From the human T2T-CHM13v2.0 reference genome, Homo sapiens, in the NCBI RefSeq assembly GCF_009914755.1, contig NC_060927.1: 64,000 nucleotides of DNA; one strand, given 5' to 3'. Made by a program: the position numbers and the translations under genes. The notes below the pieces were generated by a model. It was given only the letters and a program-made list of their open reading frames with translations, had not been told where the DNA came from and did not search any database. Below are positions 43,626-57,699 of the stretch, one piece after another (the first letter of the stretch is position 1; the number at the start of each line of letters is the position of its first letter).

Positions 43626-45786
43626 TTTTAATCTCAATTCTATGCTTTATGTTTCCAAGACCAGACAGTGATACATTCAACAAATGGCCGTCAATATGCT
43701 CCTAAGATCCCTTTACTGCTTTAACTCCCACGATGTCTGCAAAGTATTCCCAAACTTGCCACACCAAAATAAACCCTCTCTCCAAAAATGCACCGTGAGT
43801 GCTCAAGCTTCTTTGCAGGTGCTCACGTTGTATCTTCTGTCTGGAACTACTTCCTCCTCCTTTTAGAGATGTTAGCTTTCAGGGCTCTGCTGAAATGTGA
43901 CCAACACTGGCCTCAGGCAGAATTGATCACTCTCCATAAAAAGCACTTCGGTTTTTACCTCTACTTCATTTTACTATGTTCTACTGTTTCTTGTTAGTAA
44001 TATGTCTCCCTTCCCTTCTTTCATTCCACAATCCTGTGATGAGCACCTGTCCAACAATCATCAGCACTATGGTTAGGACCCAGATTTTCCCTTAAAGAGT
44101 TGAATCTTCCTGAGCTACTGGGGGCAAGAAACTATAGTTTATTATCTCTAATTCTTCATTCTTGGTACGACACTTGTTCAAAACTGTGTTATTTGCTTTG
44201 TCTAATTACTCTAAAATGATAAGTTATCACTGACTGATGGGAATGTGAGTGATATTTTCTTTGTACTTTTCTGCAATACATTTTTATAATTATAAATGTA
44301 ACACATACAATGTTCATGTTTCTGTAACTCAGCAGCTAATAGGAAATGCTGATGTATGTGATACACAGCTCTATGTGCTTTACATACATATCAATGCTTA
44401 TCATTATTTATGTTATTCACAGCAAGTAGAGGTGTAAATACTCAACTCAATTGTATAATGATACATCCTACATCATATACCATATGTACATTGTCCTTTG
44501 GTTGCCTATAAGTGGCATGCATGTGAGTTACCTTGGCTTTGTCTTTATGCCCCAAATAAATCCAGATCTTCTTTGTGTCTAATTTCCTGAATTTCTCAGG
44601 GAATATTGCTCATCTTATGGCCAGGCAACATAGGATTTTAACATCTACACACAAATTTAGCATTTTAACTTTGCAGATCTCAATTAGGAGAATGTTCTCT
44701 TGGAAGCAAATACATCTCTCAGTGGCCACCAGGGAGTCAAATTAACTGGTTGCCTTCATAAAGATCAGTAAAACATTTAGCAGGAAATGTTTTCCCGCAG
44801 ATGGAATTCAAAATGAGTTGTTTTCTAAATGATTTTATCTCCTAGAATAACCAGAAAACAGTGTTTTAAATAGTGACACGACACACTACCCATTACTAAC
44901 AAAGGGCTTTCCACCCCTTGCGCAAAATCTCCACTAGTCATTTCTATGTGAATGCAGAAGCTTCTGCAGAAGGGAAAAGAAAGAATGGATTGAGTTACTG
45001 TTTAATTGGCTGTAAGCTGGAGACTTGCTTCTGCTTGGCTCCTGCTGTGCTGTTACCATCAGGCCTGACGGGATCACTGCAGCAGGCTAACCTCTGATGT
45101 TGCTTGCTCCCTTCATGATACCCACAGGCTGTCCCACACTGAGCTCACTGGCTTCACTGCCTGGGCCGCCCTGTCCTCCAAGAAGGGCTGTGGTCTGCGC
45201 AGTAACTCTGCTCCAGGGGAGCCCTGCTTCTTCATTGAGATGCAGGTAGTGGTCCCCTAAGCCAAGGCTGCGGAGCGTCATTAAACTGGTGGGGAGACAA
45301 ACAACACTTGTGCTGCATACCAAGTGGCATCATGTTTAACTGAATCATTTTATTATGAATACATTCTGGGCTGCCACTGTGAACCACTGGTGTAAAATAT
45401 GCTGGCAAAATGGATCTCTGCTAATTATGTTTCATGCATATTTCAGAACTTTCCACAGGGATACCGGAAGATGGTGTTCATAGAATTTTACAAGCAGGTT
45501 CACTTGCATTTGGCTCAAGACTAGCAGATAACAAAGATAAGTTCAATTATATTACAGGTTGTTTTGTTTTAGCTGGAATGCTGTAATTCCTTATAACTCT
45601 ATCACTGCTCCTGTGGTCACTGGCTGAAAATGAAATCATTCTCCAAGTCCACCTGAATGTATATTATTGCAGAAAAGCACATGGCTATTAAATCATTTCT
45701 TCCCATATTTGCCTTTACTATATTTGTCTTTCATTTTACCTTAAACTGAATTAAGTAAATGAGCCTCTGGACTTGGAGATATGTTA

Positions 45787-46083
<297 letters not shown>

Positions 46084-46313
46084 TCAAAGATAATTGTAAT
46101 CTTTTAGCCAATTTTTTTTCTAGCTCACCCTCAATACCAGGCAGACAGTTGTTTCCTCCACAGTGCTATAATTGGTTCTCAATTCTGCCATAGCACCTAT
46201 TATTTTGTATTTCAGTCACCTGTTTAAATATCTCCTAAATTGTAAGCTCCTCTAGGAAAGGGGTTGGGTTCTATTTCAGTCCCTGGTATAAGGCTTGGCA
46301 TTTAGTAAGTGTT

Positions 46314-46738
46314 TGTTGTAGGCAGAATAGTAGTCCCCCAAAGATGTCCATGTCCTAATTCCCAGAACCTGTGAATATGTTATCTTAGGTGGCAAAAGAG
46401 ATTCTGCAGATATGACTAAATTAGGGACTTTGAGATGGTGAGATTGTCCTGGATTATTTGGGTGAGTCCAATCATAAGGGTCTTTAAATGTGAAAGAGGG
46501 AGGCAGAAAAATGATCAGAGTGGTGCAATATGAGGACTCTTCCTAGTCTTGCTGGCTTTGAAGAGGGCCATGATCCAAGGAAGCTTGAAAAGACAAAGGA
46601 ATGGTTTCTCCCCCAGAGCCACCAGAAAGGATGAGACTCATGTCAAATTCCAACCTACAGAACACAAAATAAATTTGTGCTGTTTCAAGCTACTAAGTTT
46701 GTGCTCATGTATTACACTAGCAATAGAAAACTAATACA
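46314..46738 (+). mobile_element. MLT1 (C/D-like) MaLR solo LTR
   Basis: tg..gtaggcagaatagtagtcccccaaagatgtccatgtcctaat ... aataaatttgtgctgtttcaagc ... gcaatagaaaactaataca. Confidence 0.87.
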
Positions 46739-46754
46739 GTTCTCTCTCCGTCTG

Positions 46755-46880
46755 TCTATATATACATGTGTGTATACATATATATGTATATATGTGTGTG
46801 TAGATACATGTATCTATATATGTGTGGATAGATATATATGTATACATATGTATGTATGTGTATATATGTATATATGTATT
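46755..46880. repeat. (TA/TG)-rich low-complexity tract
   Basis: Directly visible. Confidence 0.85.
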
Positions 46881-47354
46881 TTTGGTAAAATAAAAGAAGT
46901 GGCATTAAATGAGGTCAAGTTCATATAACCACAGATATTAAATTCTTATTCAAACACCTTCAAGACACATAAATGACATGCATTTACCAATGGATAGTAG
47001 AGGGCAAACACTAAATCCTTGCTCAAGAAATAGGTTGCTTTAGATTCAATAGACATTAAAAAATTGTTTTTCCTTTTCTTCTATTTTCTCATGGCTCCCT
47101 TCATTTCAAAGAGGGTGAGTCACACTAAGTGTCCCAGGAAGAAAACAGAAAGATGAGCTTCACAGGTGTGAGTGTTGGTGCTATCAGTAGTGGTACAGAA
47201 TTAACAGGCTACTGAGGGAGTGAAAAACCTCTCCAAAAGGGGGTATCAGGCAAGTCATCAAGACCTTGTTTACTTTTAAAAAACATGTAGAATGTATCTG
47301 TTGTACAAAATCAAAAATCACCACAGGGCTTTTATCTTAACCCTATCTCTGTAA

Positions 47355-47560
47355 CCTAGGGTCAGATTTCCTGGGTTCTAATCTCAGTTCTGTTCCTTAC
47401 TAACAGGGGGACCTCCAATAAGTTTTTTTTTTAATCTGAGTTTTTAATGTAGTGTCTACCTCACCTAATGCTATGAGAATTAAATGAGAGTCTATGTCAA
47501 GCACTTAACATGATGACCAGCCTGTAATGCGTTCAATGAATGTTCCTTATTATTATGTCT
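47355..47560 (+). mobile_element. MIR SINE
   Basis: cctgggttctaatctcagttctg..cttactaac...gagaattaaatgag...ttcaatgaatgtt..ttattattat. Confidence 0.65.
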
Positions 47561-48871
47561 ATTTTATTTTTTCATTGTGTAAATATTAGAACCTAAAAGC
47601 AGAAAACAATATTTCAAATAAACTAGTCTATCCAACATGAAAATTATTTCTAAATTATCTATAAAAGATAGTTTCTGTTTAGATGAGTCCTTATTGCCCC
47701 ATAAGGCAGGCAACCTTATAGTTTTTAACCTATTTTAAATCATACACTGCTTTGGGAAAAAAATCTATTGAAAATGATGGTTCTATCCCAACTCATCAAA
47801 TGCCCACAGCCATATATATGTACAATTTTACATATAATTTATTTGGGTACATAGACACACCTCACAAACATACTAACAGGTCCTAGGAATCTACAAGATA
47901 GGAATCCCTACAGTAATTATTAAATATATTCAGCCAAAGAAATCTTCTTCTACCTTTTCATTCTATCCTACCTTCTTCTCACACCTGCATAAGCTTCCTC
48001 TTACCCCTTTTCTCCAGGTTAAATGATCCCAATTCTTTCAACCATTTCAATATCAGTTTTCAGATCTCACTACCACCTACCATGGTGGCCTCTTGATTCT
48101 CTCAATGTCTTTGTTTCCACTTTCTCTCTAGGGGAGGGTAGTCATCCAGCCCTTGTTTACTTTTAAAAACCATGGTAAGATGCGTCCATTGTATAAAGTC
48201 AAATAGCACCAGAGGGCTTTTATCTCAAGCCATATATTCTACCCCTAGTCCCAATCCTTAGAGATGGCCTTCTTTTACTCTTTTACTCTTTCTTGTTTAT
48301 GATTTTTTTCCACAACACTAAATAATATAATTGTGCACACATGTGTGTGTATATATGTGTGTGGTGTATATATTTTTATACAACTATATCTAGTGACTCA
48401 GAAAGAAGAAGAAAAATTACTAATACTCCTTTTCTCCCTTTCTCCTCCCATTTCTCCCAAGTTAGCATGTTAATTTTTTTAGTCCTATTGTTATTATTTT
48501 AAATATGTTTATACATTAATTATTGACCCACTAATTTAACACTATCTGTAAGCACCTAAAAATCTTTAAAGATCTGCTTTAAGCAAGTCATCCAGAATGG
48601 AGCCAATATTTCCAGTGTGTTCTAATCATTACAGGTGCTATGATTTCTTTAAAGCAGCCTATTTTTGCATTAGCTGATTAAGCCTCTCCATCATGCTTTT
48701 CACTTGCCTTGATGTCTTAATTGAGCAAAATTCTATATATTATTCCCAGGAACAAATAACCAAGCCAGATGTCTACTATCCTGTTTCCAAAAATATATTT
48801 TTTAATTAAGACTAAAATTTTCCCTATTTTTGATCTAGAGTTTCAAGTGACAATATCATTTTGAATCCTAA

Positions 48872-49134
48872 TTTCCCATGCTGTTCTTGTGATAGTATGT
48901 GAGTTTTTACAAGATCTGATGGTTTTGTAAGCATCTGGCTTTTCCCCTACTCGCACTTCTCTCTCCTACCGTCATGTGAAGAAGGCCCTTGATTCCCCTT
49001 CACCTTCTGCCATAATTGTATATTCCTGAGGCCTCCTTAGCTGTGTGGAACTGTGAGTCAGTTCCTCACCATGCCTTTATAAATTACCCAGTCTCAGGTA
49101 ATTCTTTATAGCAGTGTGAAAATGGGCTAATACA
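48872..49134 (+). mobile_element. THE1/MST-type MaLR LTR, partial
   Basis: cccatgctgttcttgtgatagt...agatctgatggtttt...ataaattacccagtctcaggtaattctttatagcagtgtgaaaatgggctaataca. Confidence 0.87.
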
Positions 49135-50275
49135 GACATAGGTAGTGTTCAATAAATATTTTTTGAATTAAAGATTGTGGCTCACTCTGTCTATACCCAG
49201 ATCATTGATGAAAAGATCAAACAGGATATGCCCAAGAATACAACACTCCCACAAAAAAGTCTGCCTCACTTCCACATATTTATTTACCCAATTGCAGTTC
49301 TCACATAATCCTCAATGAAATTTTATGGGACTTTTTAAAATATCTTACAGAAATAATTATGCTTCTAGCATAGGGTAATGTCTCCATTTACTCTAACTAC
49401 CAGCCCTTATAACAAGCTTGAACTAACCTAGTCAGTCTCTACTTGGTAAACCACATCACCAAACCCTCTGACCCTAAGAATGTATATTCATAGAGAAAAT
49501 TGGGTTTTCTTGCCAAAGATTTTTATTAAAGAACTCATTCTGGTTTTTAATCATCACTAAAAAAATTTTAAAAAAATTGTTTAAAACATTCTGGCAGCTC
49601 TCCAGGAAATGTTTATCTTAAAAAACATGAATTCTGTTATAAATATAAATAGAATTGATAAGCTTTTATTTTGAATGTTACAGTTATAAAATTAGACACA
49701 TCTAGATCATTCTCAAATACTCATATTACTAATGATAATCACGTCTTCATCATTCAAAATCCTGTCTTGTTTAGTATGGACCCCTTCTAAGAAATAGAAA
49801 CTAACTTCATGTCATAATAATAATATAGGGTATAGTTGAATACACATTGACAATAACTCCACAGTACTGATGAACTATAATTTCTCCAGAATCATTTTTC
49901 ATTGTGTTAAGTAATTTATATTGGATTTGATATTTCACTGACATTTAGTCACATAAATTATATGATAAATTAAAAACAGGTGAGCCATAACCTGTCTAGT
50001 CTACAACAGGTTACTTCTTGTTGTTAGCAATTAAAACTAGAAATTTTTTTCAGAATGTGCACATTTGTTAATTTTTTAAATTAATGTTTACTGTTCTTCT
50101 TCTTCTAGGCAACCCTAAACTCTCTCAACTAACGATCCCACTAAGTCCACCTTCCATCTTTAATTCTCTAATTTTGCTTTCTGCTGAGAATTAAGCAACA
50201 GCATTGAAGTACAGCCATAAAAGCATAAAATGGGTGACGGTATATGACCTCCCTTATGTTCTTAATTTTCCCTGC

Positions 50276-50410
50276 CAGTGGTTCTTAAACTTGACTTTAG
50301 AAACACCTATGATGCTCGAGAAATCTCCTATGCTTTGGCCCTTTCCCAGACCGATTAAATCAGAATCTCTGAGGATGGGGCTCAGACATTAGTTTTTTAT
50401 TCCCAGGCAT
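50276..50410. mobile_element. MER5A-type hAT MITE fragment
   Basis: cagtggttcttaaactt...cccagaccgattaaatcagaatctctgaggatgggg. Confidence 0.7.
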
Positions 50411-51924
50411 TTCCTTTGCATTATACCTAACTTCTCTGTTTTGTTTTAAGGTCAATGATAATCTCCTTGAAAAAGAAATCTTTCCCTCAGCTTAATTAGT
50501 AATATCGCATAGCTTAGCTTTAAACCAGGTAATTGTATTCCCCTTCTTTTTTATTCAGTCTATATCCTTCTAATCATAAAAGCCCTCACATTAATTCAGT
50601 TTTATTAATCAAGTCCTTTGACAAAAATGTCACTTAAATATCTAGTTATTATCTGAGAATCCTGCGTTCTCACCTTCTTTTATATTCAAGTTGACTTCTG
50701 GAATAGAATTAAACCACAGTTCAGAAAGGAATATGTTTAATTTCAATTTTCATTTCAGATATCCTAGAAGGGTTTTCTTTATTTTTAGTAGAGAAAACAG
50801 ATTCACAAACTTTTAAGCTTAAAAATTACAATGGAATAATTTTTTTAATTTGTATTATCCACAAAGTTTTATTTAAATTGATCTGTATCTATTTGCATCA
50901 TTATATCTGAGAACTTGTGATATCTGTCTAAACTCAGGCTTACTAAGTCAAGTCCATGAACGGGCATGTTTGGGAGCTCTGTATTTCATCTTCACTTGTA
51001 GATTAACAAGAATAAGCACCTAAGTTTATGATTTTATATTAAGGCAAATAAATTTTGCCATAATTAGTAATATCATATAGCTTTTCAAATAATGATAATG
51101 ACATTTTCTTGCATAATCTTTATCTTCTTTTAACCGTTAACCTTATAGGAATGCAATATTACAAGTGAATACTGTATTACTTATACACAATAGACCTAGA
51201 AATCAATGGATTGAGACTCCAGACACCCAATCCTAGTTTTCATCCTAGGCAGTTCAGGTATGTGATTTTTATCTTTCCATTTTCTCATCTTTCTGCTGAA
51301 GGGGCCCCTACCAACTCTGGAATTCTGTCAAATTTGTCTACAATGTAGTCAAATTACTCAATCCATTATCTAAATATTCTAAAATAACAATATTTCAAAC
51401 GAATTAAAAAGGTACATTGTGAGGATTGAATCAAAGAAATGTAGGACATCACCATGTTTTCAGCCTAGCTTTGCTGAAGAATCCCCTACTCCCAGCCAGA
51501 GGTGGACAGAATCACTATTATTCACACAGGCATCATAGAACTATAATAAATCAACAAGTAAATAATGAAATAAAGCTTTTCTTCTGTGCTACAAATGTTA
51601 CATTTATAAGTAGATAACTTCACAGATATAGGTAGGGGTATAAATAGATGTGTGAATGGATAGAAAATCTATTTTCAGTGCACTTTTAAATCCAAATCAG
51701 TATTATTTACATACTAGCAACATGTTTAATTCAAAGTAGTCAGAAAATAAAACAATTTGTAATTTCCTCATAAAGGCATAAAAGTGAAGGAGAAGTAGAA
51801 AACAGACTCACATGACTCCATTTAAAGGAGACCTGCTTGGCTTTATCAAACATTTACTAACTCCTGTTATCCTGTTAGAGATAGATATAAAATAACAATA
51901 AGAAAAAAGGGAGAGTGTGGGCAT

Positions 51925-51930
<6 letters not shown>

Positions 51931-51968
<38 letters not shown>
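51931..51968. repeat. (GT)n microsatellite, ~19 units
   Basis: Directly visible. Confidence 0.97.
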
Positions 51969-51970
<2 letters not shown>

Positions 51971-52575
51971 TGCTAGGGGATTTTTGAGTACAGTAGTGCA
52001 GCAGCCCAGCTCACCGGGAGCAATCCACACAAATGGATAGCATACTTGCAGATAATAGGATAACAGGAATGGAGGGCATTGCTTTTCCTGAACACACTTT
52101 TATGTACTAACAATCTATTTATTTAGAAGTTAAGCCTCTCAGTAATCCACAAAAGCATAATCAGTAAATGCTTAAAGACAATTTTGTTTGACATGATGTA
52201 TGCTAGCAGAACTATTCTACTGAATACCTTGGCTAACATTTTTATCTTAAAGTCATATAACATTTCTTCCTTCAGAAAAGATTTTTGCTATTTTTTTCCC
52301 CAGGACTAAAATCAAACTTAAAATACTAGTTTGAAATTAAAATCTTCTCTTCTGCCGTTTATCTTTAAATTGCTACTATAACTATTATAATAGTTATACT
52401 ATTTTTTTTTAGTTCTCTTCAACAGAAATGAGAGAAGACACACAGCTCTAAGACTCGAATTTCCACTATGTGTCTGTTTATTCTTTCATTGACCTTAAAA
52501 GAGGCAAAACATTGTCTAACAACTCTGAATTGTTGGGCAGAAATCTCATTGATTTCCCAGTTCTAATTTGCAATA

Positions 52576-52923
52576 GGCTGGGCACAGTAGCTCACACCAG
52601 CACTTTGGGAGGCCGAGGCAGGCAGACCACTTGGGGTCAGGAGTTGACCTGCCTGGCCAACATGGTGAAATCACATCTCTACTAAAACTACAAAAAAGTA
52701 GTTGGACATTATAGTGCAGGCCTGTAATTCCAGCTACATGGGAGGCTGAGGCAGGAGAATTGCTTGAGCCTGAGAAGCAGAGGTTGAAGTGAGTCAAGAT
52801 CACTGCACTCCAGCCTGGGCAATAGAGCAAGACTTTGTCTCAAAACAAACACACACACACACACACATACACACACACACACACACACAGATAGAGAGAG
52901 AAAGAGAGAGAGAGAGAAAAACA
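52576..52923 (+). mobile_element. Degenerate Alu whose tail has become (CA)n(GA)n
   Basis: Dimer with small deletions; TSD aatttgcaata (52565-52575, 52924-52934) encloses the microsatellite. Confidence 0.9.
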
Positions 52924-53312
52924 AATTTGCAATAAATTTAACTAATGCCAACATTTCATTTAAGGTGCTTTCTTTTTTCAGGACAGAAGTTCATTTGGAG
53001 AATTTTTAAATCTCAGCTTGATTCTTGCAATTATCATTATTCACATAACATTAAAACCTTAACAGAATTTTTGCCTTTAAAAATGTCGTTTAACTTTCAA
53101 AGATCACAGCTCCTCTTTTAATTTACAATGTAAATTAAAACTCTTTAAATTTTAAAATTCTTTTTTTACTCAATATTTATACTAACAACTTTAAAAAAAA
53201 TCAAAAGCAGCTACAGCATGAGAATTCCGATTAAATTATCATTAAAAACTAGGTTTTTGTAAGGGGTCTTCCTGCTTCAAAGAAATACAGTTCTGAATAA
53301 AACATAATTTTT

Positions 53313-53450
53313 GGCTAGCTGTGGTGGCCACATCTGTAATCTCAGCACTTTGGGAGGCCGAGGTGGGAAAATCATTTGATGCCAGGAGCTTGAGACCAGC
53401 CTGGACAACATACAAAGACCCTGTCTCTATAAAAAAAATCCAGAAAAATA
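53313..53450 (+). mobile_element. FLAM_C-like Alu monomer
   Basis: Single left monomer; TSD taaa(a/g)cataattt. Confidence 0.82.
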
Positions 53451-53699
53451 AAGCATAATTTCTGTTGCCTTGCTGGGCCTTCAGGGAGTAAGAAGTATTT
53501 CCATGGGTCCAAAAAAACAAGGGAAAAAGAAACAAACTTAAAATGGGGACACTGAACAGTAGACATAAAGGAAAGAACAACAACCAGAAGCCTAAGCCTT
53601 GGCCCAATAGCAAGGTACAGCCATTGAGGTGAGACTGTTAAACTGGACAACTGAGATGCAGAATGCAGTAGCCTCAAGACAGTAGTTTTGCACATTTCA

Positions 53700-55286
53700 T
53701 TATACCCTACAGAAACAAACACAAATCTTCTCTGGAAGAAAGCATCTTCAATTTAGTTCCTCAGAATAACTATATATTAGTAACAGTAAAAAATGAGGGA
53801 GTGAGAAAGATAATCAAGCATAAAAGGAAACAAGTCACTATGAGGAAGAATCACCAGAATAGCAAATATCAAGTTTAGAACACAATGAACTCCAGATATT
53901 CTCATTACAAGCAAGAATGTAAAATAATTAGGTATAACATTAAAGAGCTACAAGTCAGAATCCCCTAAATGAACAAGCAACAAGAGACTATCCAAAATTA
54001 CAAGAGAGTTCAAGAAAACCTTTTAGAAAAAAAGTTAGTTGAAATTAAAACCCAGTGTATGAGTAATAGAGAAAGTGGCCTCCTCTCCATTAGAAACAAC
54101 CTCAAGAAAGTCAAGAATATGATAAGAATGCCTCCTAAAATATGGAGAAAAAAAATCTGAACTTAGAATGGGATGTAAATTAAAGCATGCAATTTTTATG
54201 GAAGATAGTGAAGAGTGAATAAACAGAGAAATACTGAGAGCTCTTTCTCAATATCTTAAAGATGTCAAACATTACCAAACTTAATGAAATTTCAATCCAA
54301 ATACTGATAGGGCTTTTCATGGGAATGGGACATTTGTACTGATCCTAAAATTTACTTGGAAGGATAATATGTTGGAGGATAGTTCAAATGGAAAAAGAAA
54401 AACAATAAGTAGGAATTACCCTACCTGGCATCAAAGTACACAAAAAAGAGAATGGTTAAACCATCGTATATTAGCATAGGAAAAGACAAGTAAATTAATG
54501 GAAAGAATAAAGCATATACAAACAAATTCATGTATATTTAGTAATTCAGATGATGATAACAATGGCATTTCAAATCAGTAGTAGAGACAGATTATCCAAA
54601 AAATAACCTTAGGCAACCATTTGTAGAAAAAATCTACACAAAAATGAACCATAAAGTTAAATGCAAAAATAATCAACAATAGAAAAAGTATTAGCAGAAA
54701 ATAAAGAATATTTTTATAATAACTTACAAATAGGAGATGTGGAAAATATTTTGTGTCTAAATTTGTGTCTAGGTTAGAGCCATAAAGAAAATCATTCCTT
54801 AGACTCATTTTTTTAAGTCTTGACTATCTTTTTCTTGATCGTAATAGCTTAACATTTTTTATTATCTTTTCTTTGTTATATGCATTGCAAATATTTTGCC
54901 TCTTTAGAGCACACATTTTTAAATTTTGTTTTTTTCATTCAAAAGTTTTAAATATTTATAATATTGAGTCTAAGAAATGCTTTCCTTAGATAAATGGCAT
55001 GATCAGATATTGCACAAAAATCAAGAACTATAAATGGCCAATAAATATTTGCAAAAGAAATTCACCCTAGTTTTTGTTCATCAGGTTCACACACAAAAAT
55101 GAACACATTTTCACTGCTGACAAGAATATGAGAAAACAGACACTTTCATATACCCCTGATGAGCATGCCTATTGGTACAACACTTCTTCACTGTAATAGG
55201 CAATATTTATGTAAAGCCTTTGAGATCTAATAGCATAACTTCTAGAAACTTATTACAAAAAAATTAACCTAAGAGGTCTTAAAAGG

Positions 55287-55333
<47 letters not shown>

Positions 55334-55800
55334 ATGGCTAACAAAGATAAACAACTTAGAAACAATATCTCCTTTAATCAACAGGTGATTAAGTAGTTAA
55401 ATTATGGCCATCCATACTAAGAATTGCTGTATAGCCAAAAAATACAGATATATGTATATCTATGTGTCTATCTATAAAGATCTTCAAGAGATACTGTTTA
55501 GGAAAAAGCAAATTGTAGAAAAAATATGTGTCATATGATACCATTTACATAAAAACTAATAATAAATACTACCCTGTATTTGTTCACACTCAAAGAATAA
55601 TATATATAATAACATTAAATAAAGTTGTATTTTGTTATAATGACATATTATTATAATACATTATTATGTATAACATAGTAAGTATATAGCAAAACAATAT
55701 AAGAAGATACACGTCTAGGGTTGATGATAGTTATTCCTTGGGAAAGAAATGGATTTGAAGGGGAAATGATCATAAGGAATATTTACTTTTTGCACTACAT
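53700..55800 (+). mobile_element. Highly degenerate old L1 (L1M/L1ME) fragments
   Basis: ORF2-like pieces (tgatcctaaaatttacttggaagg; aaatggccaataaatattt; aaacagacactttcatatacc). Boundaries uncertain. Contains (GT)n at 55291-55332. Confidence 0.55.
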
Positions 55801-57346
55801 GCTTCCTCATCATTTGCAATTTTTATAGGAGGGCATTAATCCATTTACCGGCGTACTTTAAATGAAAATCCTTTGTTTCTGGATGGATAGATGGAAGTCG
55901 GGATGGGGAACAGTGTGGAAAAAAAGAAAAGAAGATAAATGGTAAGACAAAATTCTGATTGTATTGTTCTTACCAACCATAGGTCTACAATATAGAAGCC
56001 AGGTTCTGAGAAAAATCAGAACCTCAAACAAAGGATTAAGCCACAAACTGATTTGCTTCTGCTGACCAAATCAGGATTAGTGGCCTCGGGGAGAATAGTT
56101 AGGAGTAATGAAAAAGCTGAATTAGGCCCACAGGCTGAATGTCAGTCTCCATCAGAGAGTTTGACATAGGCTTCAAAAATCTTTTTTACTCCCCATGGTG
56201 GTTCCTCTCCAAATGACTAAGTTACTTGCCCTCAACAGGGCCTTACCACCAGTGACTGCCATCTCAAGAGAATCAGTTTAGGAGTTCAAAGCAAAATACG
56301 ATTGAACTCTTTAATCACCACTGGAAAATAGCAATAGAGAAGATTTCCAAAAACGAAATGAAGTTTCAGATCATTTTTGGAGAAAATTTTGTAGATTTAA
56401 ATTGCTTTGTCTATAGATCTTCTAATTCAGCAATTCATTGACCAAAACATGTTTCAATCAAAAGCTCTTGAAAACATAATGTGTTTTCATTTTTTCTAAC
56501 TTAACCCCAGTCCTATAAAATATCCAAAAGACTTTGACAGCAATAAAGCAGAGGCTTACCCTGGTGGCAGAATGCATTGTTGTTTGTTGTAAAGACGTAA
56601 AGACTGAGATCACGATGCATTTATTAAAGTGAAATAGATTTAGACTAACATGAAAGACAACATGACAAGCTTCATTATAATGTAATGCAAACAAAACAAA
56701 AATAGAAAGATAAATTGTTTTTGGAAGAGGCCAGGTAGTCTTAGCATTGATGATAGCTGTACATAATCACCTGTGACTCTAAAGACATTTTTTCACTTGC
56801 TTTTACGTTATAAAACCTCTCGGGGAAGTCTTAATGACAAAATATCTGATACTTGTTTCATATTTATATTTGATAAAGATTCTCTTATTTAACTACAATT
56901 TATTGGGGACCTGGTATATATATGGTATAATTCCAGAAAGACATTGCCCCTAACCTTATGAATCCTATCATTTAGTTGATAGTTATACTGTTTCATATAT
57001 TATATTTAACATGTATTTAATACATTAATATTTTCTAGGTCTTGGGAAACACAAAAATAAATTCAACAAATAATCTTTACCTTCAAGCAGTCAGAATCTA
57101 ATGAAAAATACAATATACATATACAATGCTCCGGTATCCAAATCAGATTGTGTTAAATTCAATAATGGAAATGAAACAAAGTGCTAAAAGATCTCAAAAA
57201 GTAGGCCAGCTAAATCTAACTAGGGCATCATAAAAGGTTTCACTCAAGTTTTTTGATACTTTAGACTCAAAGTAATATGTCTTCACTTCAAGCTGTCAAC
57301 ATATAACTATTGAATAAGCACTACAAGGTGCCAAGCACTGTGATAA

Positions 57347-57681
<335 letters not shown>

Positions 57682-57699
57682 CTCTTTTTCATTTTTTCT

